Shown here in pieces: positions 53,124 to 64,000 of a stretch of DNA of 64,000 bases. The stretch is from Phoronis australis (taxonomy: Eukaryota > Animalia > Phoronida), in assembly GCA_002633005.1 (NCBI GenBank), contig NMRA01000127.1:62001-126000 (forward strand). Reading direction: 5' to 3'. The notes beneath the pieces are model-generated. The model saw nothing but the letters and a program-made list of their open reading frames with translations. It was not told the DNA's origin and did not search any database. How positions within the stretch are numbered: the stretch's first letter is position 1; each line of letters starts with the position of its first letter. Both the position numbers and the translations under genes were made by a program.

Positions 53124-53771
53124 ATGTCGCTGAAAAATAAAGTAACGCCAGATAGCGAAAAAAAGTACAGCGTCCAGCAGGATAATGTAGACTCGTCTAC
53201 GAAAGATGTCGAACGCGGCAACGTTTCACATGGCATTATCAGAAAAATCAACCTCGGCTTTGAAGATGCTTCTTTGGAAGACATGTACAGAGACTATAAT
53301 CAACTACAGAAAAGGACATCTTTGTCTGTTCTATTTCTATTTAGTTTCATGATCACTATGTCTTCTCTAGCATTGGGCATAGCAACGGAAATTGTACATC
53401 CAAAGACTAGTTCAGTCGCTCATTTTGTGTTGGCTGGTACATTTCTTGCGATCACAGTTGGTGTTTTCCTGCTGTATCGCCTAGCAGCTCGAACGCTTAG
53501 AGAGTCGTTGGCAATTTACCTGCAATGGATTTTGTGGGTGATTTTAGCTACCGAGATAATGGTCATCGATTACGCATTTGCCACGTGGCCGCATAGCCCA
53601 GGAGGAAGCGTTGGCTGGATCATTGCTTTCGTTTATATTACGTTTGTACTGCTCCCAATTCGTCTTTTATGGTGCGTCATATTGAGCGCGGCCATCGTTG
53701 TCACTCATAGTACAGTCGGCGTGGTTTTGGCTGCGACGGCGGGTCAAGGACGATTCTCTTACGGTCACCAG
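53124..53771 (+). CDS. ADCY3: AC3-like first coding exon
   Basis: ATG preceded by acceptor ttttcag at 53110, implying an upstream UTR exon; [16 protein letters not shown] and TM helices; cag|gtaagt. Confidence 0.9.
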
Positions 53772-56700
53772 GTAAGTACTCGGTCGTCTAAAATTACTGG
53801 AGAAGTGTAAACACTTCGATTTCAACCGAAAAAGCAATCTCTGTTGAAGTACAGTCGTTGAATACAACCGTTTTACGTAACCTCGAGCAACCCTGCGTTT
53901 ACCACATTGAGTATACTTGACTGAACTGATATTCAGGAATGTGTATGGCCTGTGTCAACTTATCTTCTGTTTTTTCATTAGCGTTAAGAGCGCTTTATCG
54001 GAAATCCTGCGTATCAGCTTTTCTTGGTGAGCAGTATTACGTAACCACCACGCCCACGGCGGTTTGGTTTTCCATCTCGTTTTCTTGTCTGACAGAAATC
54101 ATTGTTGTTAATTTGATTGAATCCATCGAATATGTCTTTACAGCTGGAACACAGATCACATAACCAGCGTTTAATTAAATATGTGCACCAAATGATACCC
54201 AAACATATTCATCTCACTGTTTGACACAGTAGAATGCTACAGCCACTTATTATACATGGTGTCTGAAAATGATTTGATAAATTGTGGATACATTTTAATA
54301 AGAATAACGTGTAAATAGAATAATATTTAAATGCTTCTTACTAGCAGCATAAGCCAAGTTGAGGGTTTTTTCTCACCTATAGCGTTTGAACATTACAAGC
54401 TCCAAGTGGACGCCTCCGGTGCGTGAATACTCTTCGCTCTATTTTCCTTGGAAGCCATTTCATTTCTTAAAACGCCATGTCGTATGCACACATATTTCTA
54501 TGAATCATAATCTTAAGTTCAAATCTCCAAATCATGAAAAGAAGGTTCAGGAAATGGAGTTTTACTGGGTAGGCGAGATGTCGACTGATTGAGTTGGTGC
54601 ACCTTTTGCTGCATTCACAAGTCCAAAAGACTAAGCTAAGATAACTTTGCAAAGAAGACATAAACAAGCACGTCAACTTACAGCTATCAAAGCATTTAAG
54701 CACAATTTCTTGAAGTTCCACGTGTGGTAATGTAAAGGCCCGTCCATACTTAGCGATTTCTCTGCAAGGTGTTGCTGCGAGGAGCTGCAGTTACGTTGCA
54801 GATAAATTGTTAACCCTGAAGGCCTTTGAAGATGCAGCTTTCAACTTTTCGTCGCTCGGCGGAGAACCGGCGAGTCGGCAACGCTCTACAGTTCCCGTGC
54901 AGACAAATCACTTAAGTGTACACAAGTTTCAATTGCTCCCATGTAAATACATGTAGCTCAATGTTCCTGCGCCGAAAAGCTCTTTTTGAATAACGTAATT
55001 TCCAGACGCTATGTGAGTGAATATCCCCACACCTTGGCTATGCTACTAGTAATAAGCGTTTAAGTACATCATCTATATTTTTCAAGACGAGTTACGCGCA
55101 CCTTTTTAGTCATGGTATTACTCCTGTAAATGTTCAACATCGGGAAAACATAAGCATCTGTAACGTTGTACTCAGCTTACCTGAACAGGTAATTGGTTTC
55201 TGATCAAGGTGTTCAGTCGAAACTGGAACCCTGGTGTAAAACTGACAGACATCCCCAAGTCTAACAGACTCCCGCACCTTCAACACAGCTAACCAGCCCG
55301 AAAAACACGAAACCCGGCCTTTAAAATAGGAACCCGGAGATCGGACAGGACACCGGGGGACCGAAATACCACTCCCGCACTTTTTGTAAACGTTGTTTAT
55401 CTCAAGAGTGAGTTGTGAGAACAGTTCAAACTGGAATCTTCCTCGTATTCCCCGCAGTGTACGCATAATTGTCCTGGTACAAAAAAAACAGAACAGGATT
55501 CCGCCACGATCTGGGATTTGAGCCCCCTCATCCGCTACCGGTCCTCAATATTTCCGCACGCTTCACACTGTTGCCGTTTCATTTTGCTTACGGCAGCCAG
55601 GGATGAGGGCTGCCCCCCCTGCCCCCTCCCTAAATCCGCCTATGAGTTACATGTTCATGGTCACTGTCGTTGACCGAAGGCAAAGGCAAAGGCGGAAAAG
55701 TCACGTCACGTCACAACGGTCACAAAATCCAGAGGGATGATCCACCAAAAAGGAGTTCAGAAATTCCGACATCAAATTCCGTTTTTATGATCGATAAGCA
55801 GTTGAAGTACACTTTTTAGGACAATAACGATGAAATTGGTGACGGTGCAGGTTTTTGAGTGAATAATTCTTGCGGTCCATTTCAAAATTCGGAAATTGAT
55901 TGTGGCGGAAATAATGTGCTCTCGACAATTAAATCGACGAACACTAAAATGCGGTCAATTGTAAAGACATTTAAAAATATTGATCGACAATGGCACTCGA
56001 AAGTCAAACTAATATTCTTGTTTTTCATTTTGAAAATATTTTTAAGAAACTATTGAATAATCTGAAATTGACTAAAATTCACTGAGATAACAACGTGCTG
56101 AGATCATCGATTATGTTTAAGTTTGCCACACAGACAAGTTACCCGAGTTTCACCTATAAAAAACCAATAAGTCAATGTAATATATGTTACGTTTTATTAT
56201 TGTCAATTCAGCAAACCCAGAAAGTATGGAAAGTATTTAAAGATGCTTTCACTCAAAGTTTGAGACTACTGACATCGGCGTTTATTCGGAAAATTTCCTG
56301 TTAACAGCCCATTCCCAATGAACTTTTTTGTCCCAAATTCAGTTTTATGAGGCAGTTATCATTTATAAAAACGAACAAGGTGTTGGCGAATTATGCATTT
56401 ATTATATAAAATTTAAAAACACAAATGCTTGAGTAAAAATGTCAAAGTCAGCTATGACTTTCCGTTTACCGGTACACGCCCCCTGTTCCGAATAAACGCC
56501 CGGGTGTTTATTTGGTCTAAGACCAAATAAACACCCGGGCGTTTATTACTAAAACGATTGATATCCTATTTCAGAGTAAAATGCTGTGCCCCTTCTATTA
56601 AATGAGCTTGGTGATACAAAAGTCAGAAGGATACACAAACTCAGTTACCGAGCTCAGCCGACTGCCTGTTGCGTATGTGGATGTCTTAGATCGGGTGCTT

Positions 56701-59700
56701 TTGTGCGTCTTTGTATATTTTAGTCATTTACTATCATTCGATTAATCAAAATAAAGTCAAAATATTAAACAGTTTTTGATGCTGACATGAATACTGAATT
56801 TAAATTAGTACAACGATCTTTGACCTTGTTGAAACTTTAAACTGAGCTTATTTCGTACAATTTCAGGTCGGTGCCAACCTTCTCCTGTACTTATGCGCCG
56901 CCATACTCGGTGCACTCTCGTTTTTAAGTCATGATAAAAAGCAAAGGAAAACTTTCTTAGAAACGAAAGACTCATTATCCATCAAAGGCACAATAGAAGA
57001 AAAGTCGATTGAACAGGTAGGGGAATTCCCTTTACATTTTTGTCAGATTGTGGTGTACAACACTTGGACAGTTCAACCAGCGGCATGATAGCCACTAGCA
57101 TTGTACTCTCTGGTACACGTAGTAGTCTCGCTCCAGAGGCAAAGGTTAGCGGTTCGGGTTATCGCATTTTCAAAGCAATTACATTTATAGGAATGTGACG
57201 TTTGTGTAATAATTCCTACTGGCCGACATCAGTCGAAAATTGAGTTAATTAGAAACTTTAATGATCAATGAAAAATATGCAAGATTGTCAAGCTTGTTGA
57301 GGAAGACGGAACTGGAATGAAAATCCTTCCGGCTGTCTACCAGAGCAAGCTTAGCATTTTGCAAGGGTTAATGTTATCCAAAAATAACCCCTAAAATACA
57401 ATCTTTTCGGCCATAAGACTGATTTTGTCCTTCTAAACTTGCATAATAGCCTTCTATTGTTCCAATATAGGACGCTAATCAACAATAACATAGCGAGGGG
57501 TCACAATCGAGCTCTTTCAGAAAGATGACATTGGCCAATGTCCTCTTATGAAATCAAATAATGTTCTCCAAGACGGGAAATTTCATGACGCACCGCCAGT
57601 CCACTCAACTATTATTCTGAGGACGACAGGAGACCGGTCAGAAACGTTCCTATTTGTTACTGTTTTTTGTAAAAACTTGACTGTTTCAAAAGCAATTCAT
57701 CATGCTAAGGTGATCTGACAGCTGAAAATGATGTGAAATGAGTGTTTCGGTACTATAAAAGAAACAGCCGCCAAGCATGTTTTTGTTGTCATATGCGTCC
57801 TTTGGTTCGTGGTCGTGTTAACGCCATAAAGCTCTCCAGTTAAAACATATTTACTAATCAATGTATTTATGTTTTTTTTTGTGTAGGAACGGTTGCTTCT
57901 GTCTGTTCTACCCAAGCACGTGGCTGATGAGATGCTGGAAGACATGGCTGCTGGTGGTGTAACTGGGCAATTCCGAAAAATCTACATGGATCGACACGAA
58001 AATGTCAGGTATCTCAACAAATGGCCCTTTTCGCAATATAAAGTTTCTCAGCGTNTGAGCTGTTGGACCAGCCGCTGCAAGATCGCGATTTCTTGAACGT
58101 TGACTTTAGTGCAATTCAAAATCTTGCAGGAAAATGGTGATGCATCATAATCTTGCACTAGTATACACTACCGCAATGCAGCATAATATTGCATTAGTGT
58201 ACACTACCGCAATGCAGCATAATCTTGCATTAGTGTACACTACCGCAATGCAGCCTAATGTTGCACTAGTATACACTATCGCAATGCAGCATAATCTTGC
58301 ATTAGTATACACTACCACAATGCATCATAATCTTACACTAGTGTACTCTGCCGCAATGCAGCCTAATCTTGCAGTAGTGTACACTACCGCAATGCAGCAT
58401 AATCTTGCACAAGTGTACACTACCGTAATCGCTATCGTTCGAAAATGAGTGAAATGCTTCGGAGCTCTGCGCAGTGGCTTAGTTGTTCAATTACTGCGTG
58501 AACAATCGTTGGTCCACCTGGTATAGCATAAATACTACAAAACACAATGTTCTTTCCCATTCTCCTCGTTATAGAATCACGGGTTTGTTTCAATTTAAAG
58601 ATGCGTGGTTTTGAAAAAAGTCCTATAACTGCATTGCTGCGTTTTGATTGCTCCGATCTGTAGCGGCCTCAATGTTACTGTTTACACCGATGACGCGCGC
58701 ATTATAAAGTTCTTGGCAACTACAACGCTTGTCTACGCAAGCAATATTTTATTGAGATTAAATTGGCTTCGTAATTTTGATGGCAGATGTTTTTTCCATT
58801 GTTGTATACAGACAACCCCTTCGGTAGAACTACAAGATACGCGCTTTATCAAGTTTCATTGCCACAAGACTGGTAAACATCTTCGATCGGTATAGAACGA
58901 TGGCCCAATTTTTAGCAGAGACGTTCTCATTCCGACAATGTCTAACAAACACGAGGTGACATGTTTGAAATTGTGTAGTTCATTGTTATTTGGGACAATG
59001 GTTAGCTTTGAAAAACGTTTTCATCAAAATAAGTATTTGTACATCAATTTCAGTATTCTATTCGCCGACATCGTGGGATTTACGGCCTTGTCCTCTGCAT
59101 GTACAGCGGCTGAACTCGTCAAAGTACTGAACGAACTTTTCGCAAGCTTTGACGTCCTTTCAAAGGTACTCGTCAAGAGTTTCTTAAACTTAGCTCAGTA
59201 TGTGTAGAGTATAATTTGCGTTACAGTTACCTCAAGTCATTACAGTAAGCAGGTACAGTACAATATAAATTAGTCCTTATTGTATGTAATAGGTTTGCGT
59301 GTTTTCAAATTCTCTCAAAAAGTCGAGGAACTACAATTGTGTGTATTTTGTTGTTACCCTGGGCCCAACTGGATAGAAAATATTCGCTGTATAGCGACGA
59401 TCGCATCAAACCAGCGATCTTGCACCAAATTACAATCGTTAAAAATGCCTTCCTGCAGCTGATAGTAATTTTAAACGCATAGGGTCTTGTAGCTAGATAC
59501 TTATTATTAACTGAACAACTTCAAGTCCAAGTATTTTAGTTTAATCTTAATACTTTTGAAATTACATGATCTTGATAACAAAATCTCTGTTTTTCAAGAG
59601 CCCAGTAGGCAATCGTTTGAAGAAAATGTTCTTGTCAATTTGTAGAAATACCACCAACTACGGATCAAGATTCTGGGAGACTGTTACTACTGCATCAGTG

Positions 59701-62700
59701 GCGCCCCCACGCGCCGTGCGGACCATGCTGTTCTCTCTGTACACATGGGACTTTCAGTCGTGGAAGCCATTAAGTAAGAACCGCTGATAGTAATAAAAAT
59801 GGACGTCACAGTGGATGTTGAATGAAATCGGCAATCAGATAAAAACAAGAGGAAGTATGTTCTCATAGAAACCAAAGCGGGAACATAAAACAAAAAAGTT
59901 GTCAACAGGTTTTTTGCGAGCAGGCCATGCACCAATAAAGGATTCTGTCACAAGTATGCAAATCGTGTTTTCAAGTCGGTATTCAAATGGTCATTACATT
60001 CATTCTAACTAACATCCAAAATACCTCAGTTTTACAAAATGATAGCGTTTGTTTATCCGTTCAAATACCGTCGCTTTATTTTTCCTGGTTTTTGCAAATT
60101 TGATAGGCAGAATTTACGAGAGAAAAAACACTGACATCAGCGAAAAAGTAGAAGCTACACCGAAAACATACTTGCGAGCCTAGGTTTGCTTTACCTGTTA
60201 TATGCCCATGTATTCTGCAATGCCTAAGTCAGATATCTATCGCGCTGATTCAGAATTGTCCCGGCAACAATCGACCGCTGCCAGCCGAAATTACTGTTTT
60301 TTGACTGGAAACTCAATGGCTTGACGTCGGAAGTTTTGTCTTTTTAAGTTATAACACAATATGGCAGTAACTCTTAGAGATTCACTGATATCGCTGAACG
60401 CTTTGAGGGGCATAAGGCCTCTCGACGTCTGGTCCGGTTTGTCGAATCTCTTTGCACAACAAGCCAAAGAGAGGTGCCCAGACTTCCCAGTTCTGCACCA
60501 TATTTGTGAATGCCTGCTTGATGGATTCCAGTTGCGGGCAAGTTTGGTGATTTTTGCGTTATGGTTTCGCAGTGTGTGGCCGATCCACCCCCACTTCCTT
60601 AATTGAACTATGACTCTGTTCTCGCTGTTAAATTTGTTATTTTCTGTCAGAGCACTTGATTTGCAGAATTTGCCACAGAATCTGTTTATGAATACTTGGA
60701 TTTTGTTGATGATGGACTTAATGAGTCGCCATCTCTCAGAACCAAACAGCACCACAGACTTGATCTGTTCATGGATGTCGCTTTGAACAGTTTCAGTATG
60801 ACATGGGGTTGACTGGCCTTCTTAACACGTACCTTGGCGTCTTCCTCTGTCTCTCCTGTGGTACTGACTACTCAAATAGGTGACGGAGTGGACATCTCGT
60901 TCTTTCCCATATGCAGTGATGCTGTCATTTTGCGAGGTGTTTATACTCACGTCTTAATGAACGATTACTATAGTCACTTCTAATGTACTCTAGAAGCAAC
61001 TCGTGTATGGCTGTTACAAAAGAATGCAGTTACAACGAGATAGAGTCGTGTTCGGGATTTCCTCGGATCCTGCAAATAGTCACGTTGTCTCATCCGCACA
61101 CTCTGGCGTTTAGTGTACCAGTTCTTATTCTGATATTGAACAACTTTCAGTTTGTTTACCAATTTAATTCTAGGATGGTAAGAGAGAAAATGAAGAGCAG
61201 CGTGAACATGCGCGTAGGAATACACACGGGAGCGGTGCTTGGGGGTGTGATTGGTCAGAAGCAGTGGCAGTTTGACGTCTTAGGAAAAGAAGTCAATCTT
61301 GCAAACAAAATGGAAAGCGGCGGCCTTCCTGGGTATGTGATTATTTTCATTTGTCCGATATGATCATTGGTTTAATAAAAAGGTAATTGTGTGTACGTTT
61401 AGCCTATAACCTGTGTGCGTGTCGTGTTTAATTGAAACAACAATTAGCCTTCCTAATGTCTACGTGTTTTGCTCAACAAAGTTATTCATCCATCACTCTG
61501 ATTTTTCTTCGTTTCAACGAAGAGACGAGCAATAAGTAGCAGTCATTGACTATCAGTTGTCCGACTATTATCGATATAGATTCAATAAATATGCAAAATT
61601 AGATAGACAACCGTGTGGGTCTGTTGTCGATGGATTGTGAGTAAAAAGGATGAAGTGTGAAGGGTGTAGATGTGGAACCTCCTTAATGCTTAGGAAACAG
61701 ACTTTGGGCTACAGATGGGTCATTTGGATTGCATACTTTCCCAATTCCTTAAAACGAAAGACCTAAAGTATGAAGAAAAAAAACGACCAGCGATGTAACA
61801 TACTACAAGTCCATCGGACGAACAGACCTTGACCCCATGCCAGCCTCTCATTTCCTAGTAACGTTTTACACGGCTTTGCACGGCAGTAGTACCTGCCTCG
61901 ATCGATACTGATCTCGATAAAATGTAAACAGTTTGGAATTATCTTGTTCGCCGAAACATGAAAATCAGTGGTTAGGTGGTTAAAGAGACGCGTAATTTCA
62001 TTTTCATGCATGCGTGTGTCTACAGTACTTTTCAGAATAAACTAGACCGACCTCGACAGATTTCTTAGATAAACTTTTGACAGAATAATTTGGCTGTTTA
62101 GTCACAATACATTTGACATTTTTGTCGAATCTTGTCGGACATCAATGTGACTTTGATGCGCCTAACCGCCAATGATTTATTTGTGAATGGTCTTGTGCAG
62201 TAAGTTGTAGTGATTTTGATTACGGACATGAAGCAGCACCTATTGAGATTTTTTTGAAATTTTGCCTGAATTGAAACGGATTTTAGCAAAAAAATCGATA
62301 TTCATTTTGTGACCCACTCATTTACATGGATGTAATCAGTGCAAAGGCAATGATAAAATTTGTTCGTCAGGCACATCATAATACCCCTAGTTTCATGCCC
62401 AGGTGAAATTGGGGTACAAAGCATATCCTATGAGTACGGAAAAAGAATATGAAATACGAATATCAATTTTCAACCCCAAACCATTCACCAAATCCATGTG
62501 CGGATCGCACTATTTCACAGTACGTCAGAAAAAAAATTTATCTTCTGCTCCTCGACACCACCCATCACACAGGAAACACATGCTGGGTCGAAACTAGGTG
62601 TCACTAGTGAGATGCCCTGTGCCTGTCGGTCTTCACTGATTGGAAGCAAATACAATCCTCTGTGCATGTCAGTTCCGCCTCGTTAGCAGACATTGTAATG

Positions 62701-63722
62701 AAATTTCAGAGGGTAGGGAGCCTTCGGAATCGTGAACCTTCGGAATAGTGAATCTTCGCGGTGGTGAATTTTCGGAGTAGTGAACTGTCGGAGTAGTGAA
62801 CCTTCGGAGTGGTAAAACTTCGGAGTAGCGAACCTTCGGAGTAGTGACACTTTGGAGTGATGTATTGGAATGGTGAACCTGTGGAGTAATCAACCTTCGG
62901 AGTAATAAACCTTCGGAGTATTGACGCTTCTGCGTAGTGACAACTGTCATTCTACAATGTACATGCCTTTTGCAGCCGGGTTCACATTTCTGAGGTAACA
63001 GCAAGTTTCCTGAATGGTGAGTTTGAACTGGAACCAGGCGAAGGCGACACCAGAGAAGACGCCATTAGACATGCAGGCATCAAAACGTACCTGATAAAGT
63101 CCGTTATCAAACCGGTAATCACTTCATTGTGCTCTCCTAGATGATAGAGAAATCAATCGTTAAGATTATGTAGAACTCTAGAAAATTTCCAAATTTGGCT
63201 AACTTTGGAACATCATATCGCATCGGTGGCTGATCATATTCAAATGAAACTTTCTGATGTTGTGCTTTATTCACTGTTTTGCAAACTGATATAAGGATTG
63301 TTCTTAATTGTTCCATTTTTGCATGAGGGGATATCAAAGAATAAGATTTTTATGATTTCCATGAGAAAATTAAAGTTGCGTTATAGAACGAAAACAAAAT
63401 GATATTTAAGAAAACTGTAGCAGCGTTATTAAGGTCTCATCTTTTGCTGAGTTGAAATTTGACAATAAAATCCTTCAGCACATTAATCTTCTTTGCTGTA
63501 ACAGGAACATCTAAACAATTTACGACTTAACATGTTTTTTTCCTTGTGCATCAATTCAAAATAGTTTTGGTGATGATGATTGTGGACGCTGATGATGGCA
63601 GCGATGGTTATCATATTAGACTTACGTCTCAATTTCAGTATCCACAAAATACTCTGGACGAGGGAGTCGTAAGCGACCAACCAACAAACGTCAATGGTGA
63701 TGATGAACACAACTCTAAAGAG
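53124..63722 (+). CDS. ADCY3: Membrane adenylyl cyclase, type 3-like; 5' part, continues beyond the window
   Basis: Exons 53124-53771, 56867-57016, 57887-58008, 59054-59165, 59646-59773, 61174-61332, 62976-63114, 63639-63722; next likely acceptor ends at 63999. AC3-type segments: [58 protein letters not shown]. Confidence 0.85.
56491..56547. repeat. Perfect 57-nt palindrome (28-bp arms)
   Basis: aataaacgcccgggtgtttatttggtct-a-agaccaaataaacacccgggcgtttatt. Confidence 0.95.
56867..57016 (+). CDS. ADCY3: AC3-like exon 2
   Basis: tttcag|[15 protein letters not shown]...[12 protein letters not shown]...SIEQ|gtaggg; 150 nt. Confidence 0.93.
57887..58008 (+). CDS. ADCY3: AC3-like exon 3
   Basis: gtgtag|[17 protein letters not shown]...RHENV|gtatct. 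Confidence 0.95.
58140..58427. repeat. 36-bp minisatellite, ~8 copies
   Basis: Unit atgcagcataatcttgcattagtgtacactaccgca. Confidence 0.95.
59054..59165 (+). CDS. ADCY3: AC3-like exon 4
   Basis: tttcag|[37 protein letters not shown]|gtactc. Confidence 0.95.
59646..59773 (+). CDS. ADCY3: AC3-like exon 5
   Basis: ttgtag|[21 protein letters not shown]...VEAI|gtaaga. Confidence 0.95.
60380..60960 (-). mobile_element. Degraded 3' fragment of an RTE-clade LINE
   Basis: Minus strand: ...[15 protein letters not shown]...VLFGSERW...KIQVFINR...[10 protein letters not shown]...WNP; frameshifted. Confidence 0.8.
61174..61332 (+). CDS. ADCY3: AC3-like exon 6
   Basis: ttctag|[19 protein letters not shown]...[10 protein letters not shown]|gtatgt. 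Confidence 0.95.
62718..62940. repeat. ~16-bp minisatellite, ~13 degenerate copies
   Basis: Unit aaccttcggagtagtg, ending ~35 nt before the exon 7 acceptor. Confidence 0.9.
62976..63114 (+). CDS. ADCY3: AC3-like exon 7
   Basis: ttgcag|[27 protein letters not shown]...[13 protein letters not shown]|gtaatc. Confidence 0.93.
63639..63722 (+). CDS. ADCY3: AC3-like exon 8 (C1b)
   Basis: tttcag|YPQNTLDEG...HNSKE|gtaggt; phase 0-0. Confidence 0.75.
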
Positions 63723-64000
63723 GTAGGTCTAAGTCCGTATATCAGCAATTCATCAAACTACGCTTTTCATGAAAAACGAAAAAAATACCTATTATTTCTG
63801 CTTTTACAACCACGAGACAAAATCCCTTCCTGTAGAAGGGTTGTGAAGCACAGACCCACAGAGTTGTATGAGAATAGATCATTGAAAGTTTATTTGAGGT
63901 GCATGTTTGCAAACTTTTCGTGTTTTCGAATAAATTAGTAGACGTACTGTCATTGTTAGTGGCGTTGCAAATTGAGTGTCATTGGTAATGTCATTGCAGG

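Noticed and set aside
58140-58427. CRISPR-like 36-bp periodicity
   Set aside because: Units are contiguous with no unique spacers, and the context is a eukaryotic intron with no cas genes.

Overview
Eukaryotic (animal, apparently invertebrate) genomic DNA with GT-AG introns and one 682-N gap (19169-19850). Two membrane adenylyl cyclase genes lie head-to-tail on the + strand. The first is a complete ADCY8-like gene (18 hand-traced coding exons, 1085-38223, about 1297 aa). It retains motifs resembling both AC8 calmodulin-binding sites. The second is an ADCY3-like gene starting at 53124 (8 exons visible) that runs off the window end. Intron 1 of the first gene holds a 1941-bp internally deleted Kolobok-type DNA transposon (5551-7491). 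It has TTAA target duplications, ~158-bp TIRs, a broken THAP-DDE transposase and a convergent KolX/P2X7-ballast-like Cys-rich ORF. The remaining intronic and intergenic DNA has MITE-like elements, an RTE LINE remnant, minisatellites, a nested perfect palindrome and a 203-bp direct repeat. The most notable points are the AC8-AC3 tandem (possibly the ancestral arrangement behind the vertebrate ADCY8/EFR3A and ADCY3/EFR3B regions), the Kolobok element with ETS-CRE-like motifs in both TIRs, and an in-frame Asp-rich pseudo-exon in intron 6. All family assignments come from motif recognition by eye; no searches were run.
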